Shown here: piece by piece, positions 62,783 through 64,000 of the stretch
Numbering within the stretch: the stretch's first letter is position 1
Layout of the letters: every line of letters starts with the position of its first letter
Virus record (IMG/VR): IMGVR_UViG_3300041409_000267
Location: 3,750-67,749 of that record
Strand: one strand, 5' to 3'
DNA length: 64,000 nucleotides
Source: a virus
Notes under the pieces: model-generated
Seen by the model: the letters and a program-made list of their open reading frames with translations, nothing else
What the model was told of the DNA's origin: nothing
The model's database searches: none
Position numbers and translations under genes: made by a program

Positions 62783-63855
62783 AACTCTACAAGAAGAAGA
62801 AATCGCAGTTCTGGTATTACGACTTCGCGGTGGCAGGGAAGCGCTACCGTGGTTCAACTGAGGAAACGAACCGCAACCGGGCCACCACCATCGCCTCAAT
62901 CAAGATGTCGAAACTGATTGATGCCGGTGATGATCCGATACCAAAAAAATCACCGACTCTCGACGAACTGGCCGTAAAGTTCCTTGGCTTTGTTGACCAG
63001 AGTGGCCGGGAGTCAAAGACAAAAACTTACTACAAAACGGGATGGCGCTTGCTGGAATCAGCTTCGCTTCGCAATATGCAATCAACTCCACTTCGCAATA
63101 TGCGAATCGACGGTATCACGGCAGAAGTGCTCGACATCATTGATCTGCCGGGCTCACCGTCGAACGCAAACTGCGCTCTGCGTACGCTTAGAAGAATGCT
63201 TAGGCTGGCTGAAGGCTCTTGGGGGTTAATACGTAAAACCCCGAAGTTTGTTCTGCGGGCCGAGCAGGGACGTGAACTGTTGTTGGACGAAGTTTGCGAA
63301 CAAAAGCTTCTGGCGGCCGCTAAAAAACTGAAATGGAGAAAGAAGACGTTCGAGTTATTCCGTGATGTGGTGGCCTTGATGCGCGAGACCGGGATGCGGA
63401 ACGAAAGGGAACTGTTCCAGGTCCTGATTGAAAATGTCGATCGCAACAAGAAGGTGATCTTCGTACCGGAGAGCAAAACAGCGGCTGGCCGGCGCGAAGT
63501 GCCAATCACCAACCGGGCGCTGGATGTTCTAGTTTCCCGGATCGGCGAGCGGCGTGCAGGCTGGCTATTCCCATCGAAGCGCAATAAGACTGGCCACCTT
63601 AAAACGATGAACAAGTATTTCCGGATTGCCAGAAGAGCGGCGAAACTCCCTGAGGATCTGGTGCTCTATTGTGGGCGCCACGACTTTGGGACAACGGCGA
63701 TGAACTTAACCGGCAACCTGGCAATGGTGATGAAAGCGATGGGCCAGAAGGACGTTAAAACGGCCATGCGCTATCAGCACCCAGACACCAACACGCTGCG
63801 GGAAGCGATGAACAATCGTGGATCCAGGCAGCAACAGCCCGCAAGGTACCAGTGA
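62779..63855 (+). CDS. int: Tyrosine recombinase/integrase
   Basis: N-terminal arm-binding WYYDFAVAGKRYRGST; catalytic R (TGMR), K (SKT), YCGRH, MGQ, RYQH. Confidence 0.95.
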   Translation: MKLYKKKKSQFWYYDFAVAGKRYRGSTEETNRNRATTIASIKMSKLIDAGDDPIPKKSPTLDELAVKFLGFVDQSGRESKTKTYYKTGWRLLESASLRNMQSTPLRNMRIDGITAEVLDIIDLPGSPSNANCALRTLRRMLRLAEGSWGLIRKTPKFVLRAEQGRELLLDEVCEQKLLAAAKKLKWRKKTFELFRDVVALMRETGMRNERELFQVLIENVDRNKKVIFVPESKTAAGRREVPITNRALDVLVSRIGERRAGWLFPSKRNKTGHLKTMNKYFRIARRAAKLPEDLVLYCGRHDFGTTAMNLTGNLAMVMKAMGQKDVKTAMRYQHPDTNTLREAMNNRGSRQQQPARYQ

Positions 63856-63860
63856 AATTC

Positions 63861-63881
63861 ACGGCACACTTTACGGCACAC
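63861..63881 (+). repeat. Integrase arm-type sites
   Basis: Direct repeat ACGGCACAC at 63861 and 63873, between int and the att core. Confidence 0.6.
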
Positions 63882-63951
63882 CTTGTTTTTAGTGGTTGAA
63901 GTAAATGCTTGAGGGTCAGCGCGATAGAAAGAATTTCAGGCTTTAGATTCA

Positions 63952-64000
63952 CTGACTACGAATCAGAAGGCCGGGAGTTCGAATCTCTCAGGGCGCGCCA
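63952..64000 (+). other. att core: 3' half of tRNA-Arg(ACG)
   Basis: CTGA-CTACGAA-TCAG anticodon arm, GTTCGAATC T-loop, ends GCGCGCCA; no D arm or 5' acceptor strand upstream. Confidence 0.9.

Larger units (their letters stand above)
1..64000. mobile_element. Temperate tailed phage/prophage, podovirus-like
   Basis: Portal, capsid, terminase, lysis, replication/recombination genes, tyrosine integrase and a tRNA-derived att at the right edge. No tape-measure or sheath gene seen. Confidence 0.95.

Noticed and set aside
63900-64000. Complete tRNA-Arg gene
   Set aside because: Only the anticodon arm to CCA is present; the 5' half is missing, so it is an att duplication
1-64000. CRISPR, TIGR-like array or DGR to accompany TnpB
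   Set aside because: No regularly spaced repeats, reverse transcriptase or TR/VR pair seen by eye; a weak array could have been missed

Overview
The whole window is a temperate tailed phage or prophage, apparently near-complete, with a podovirus-like organisation. The host is probably Acidobacteriota (inferred from an Acidobacteria-type Fis homolog). Layout: accessory genes (0.1-7.9 kb), lysis genes (7.9-10.5 kb), signal-peptide-bearing receptor-binding-like proteins plus an antisense methyltransferase (10.9-16.2 kb), and portal/scaffold/capsid/tail genes (17-31 kb). These are followed by ejection proteins with a 2594-aa polyvalent protein (31-41 kb) and the terminase genes (41-43 kb). A long leftward early operon (43-62 kb) carries TnpB, a glycoside hydrolase, Dam, RusA, Gp37/Gp68, Fis, a replication initiator with iterons, RecT, KTSC, an exonuclease, an HNH and a LexA-like HTH. 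The window ends with xis-int and an att core equal to the 3' half of tRNA-Arg(ACG). The most unusual observations are: (1) an in-frame chain of ejection genes with matching N- and C-terminal motifs and an unannotated 55-aa 'adaptor' ORF; (2) a TnpB stripped of IS ends, flanked by an 8-bp direct repeat and translationally coupled on both sides; (3) a 153-nt tRNA-mimic RNA between KTSC and RecT; (4) a parS-like site; and (5) a prfB-like CTT TGA C frameshift site. All calls come from reading motifs by eye; no database search was run.
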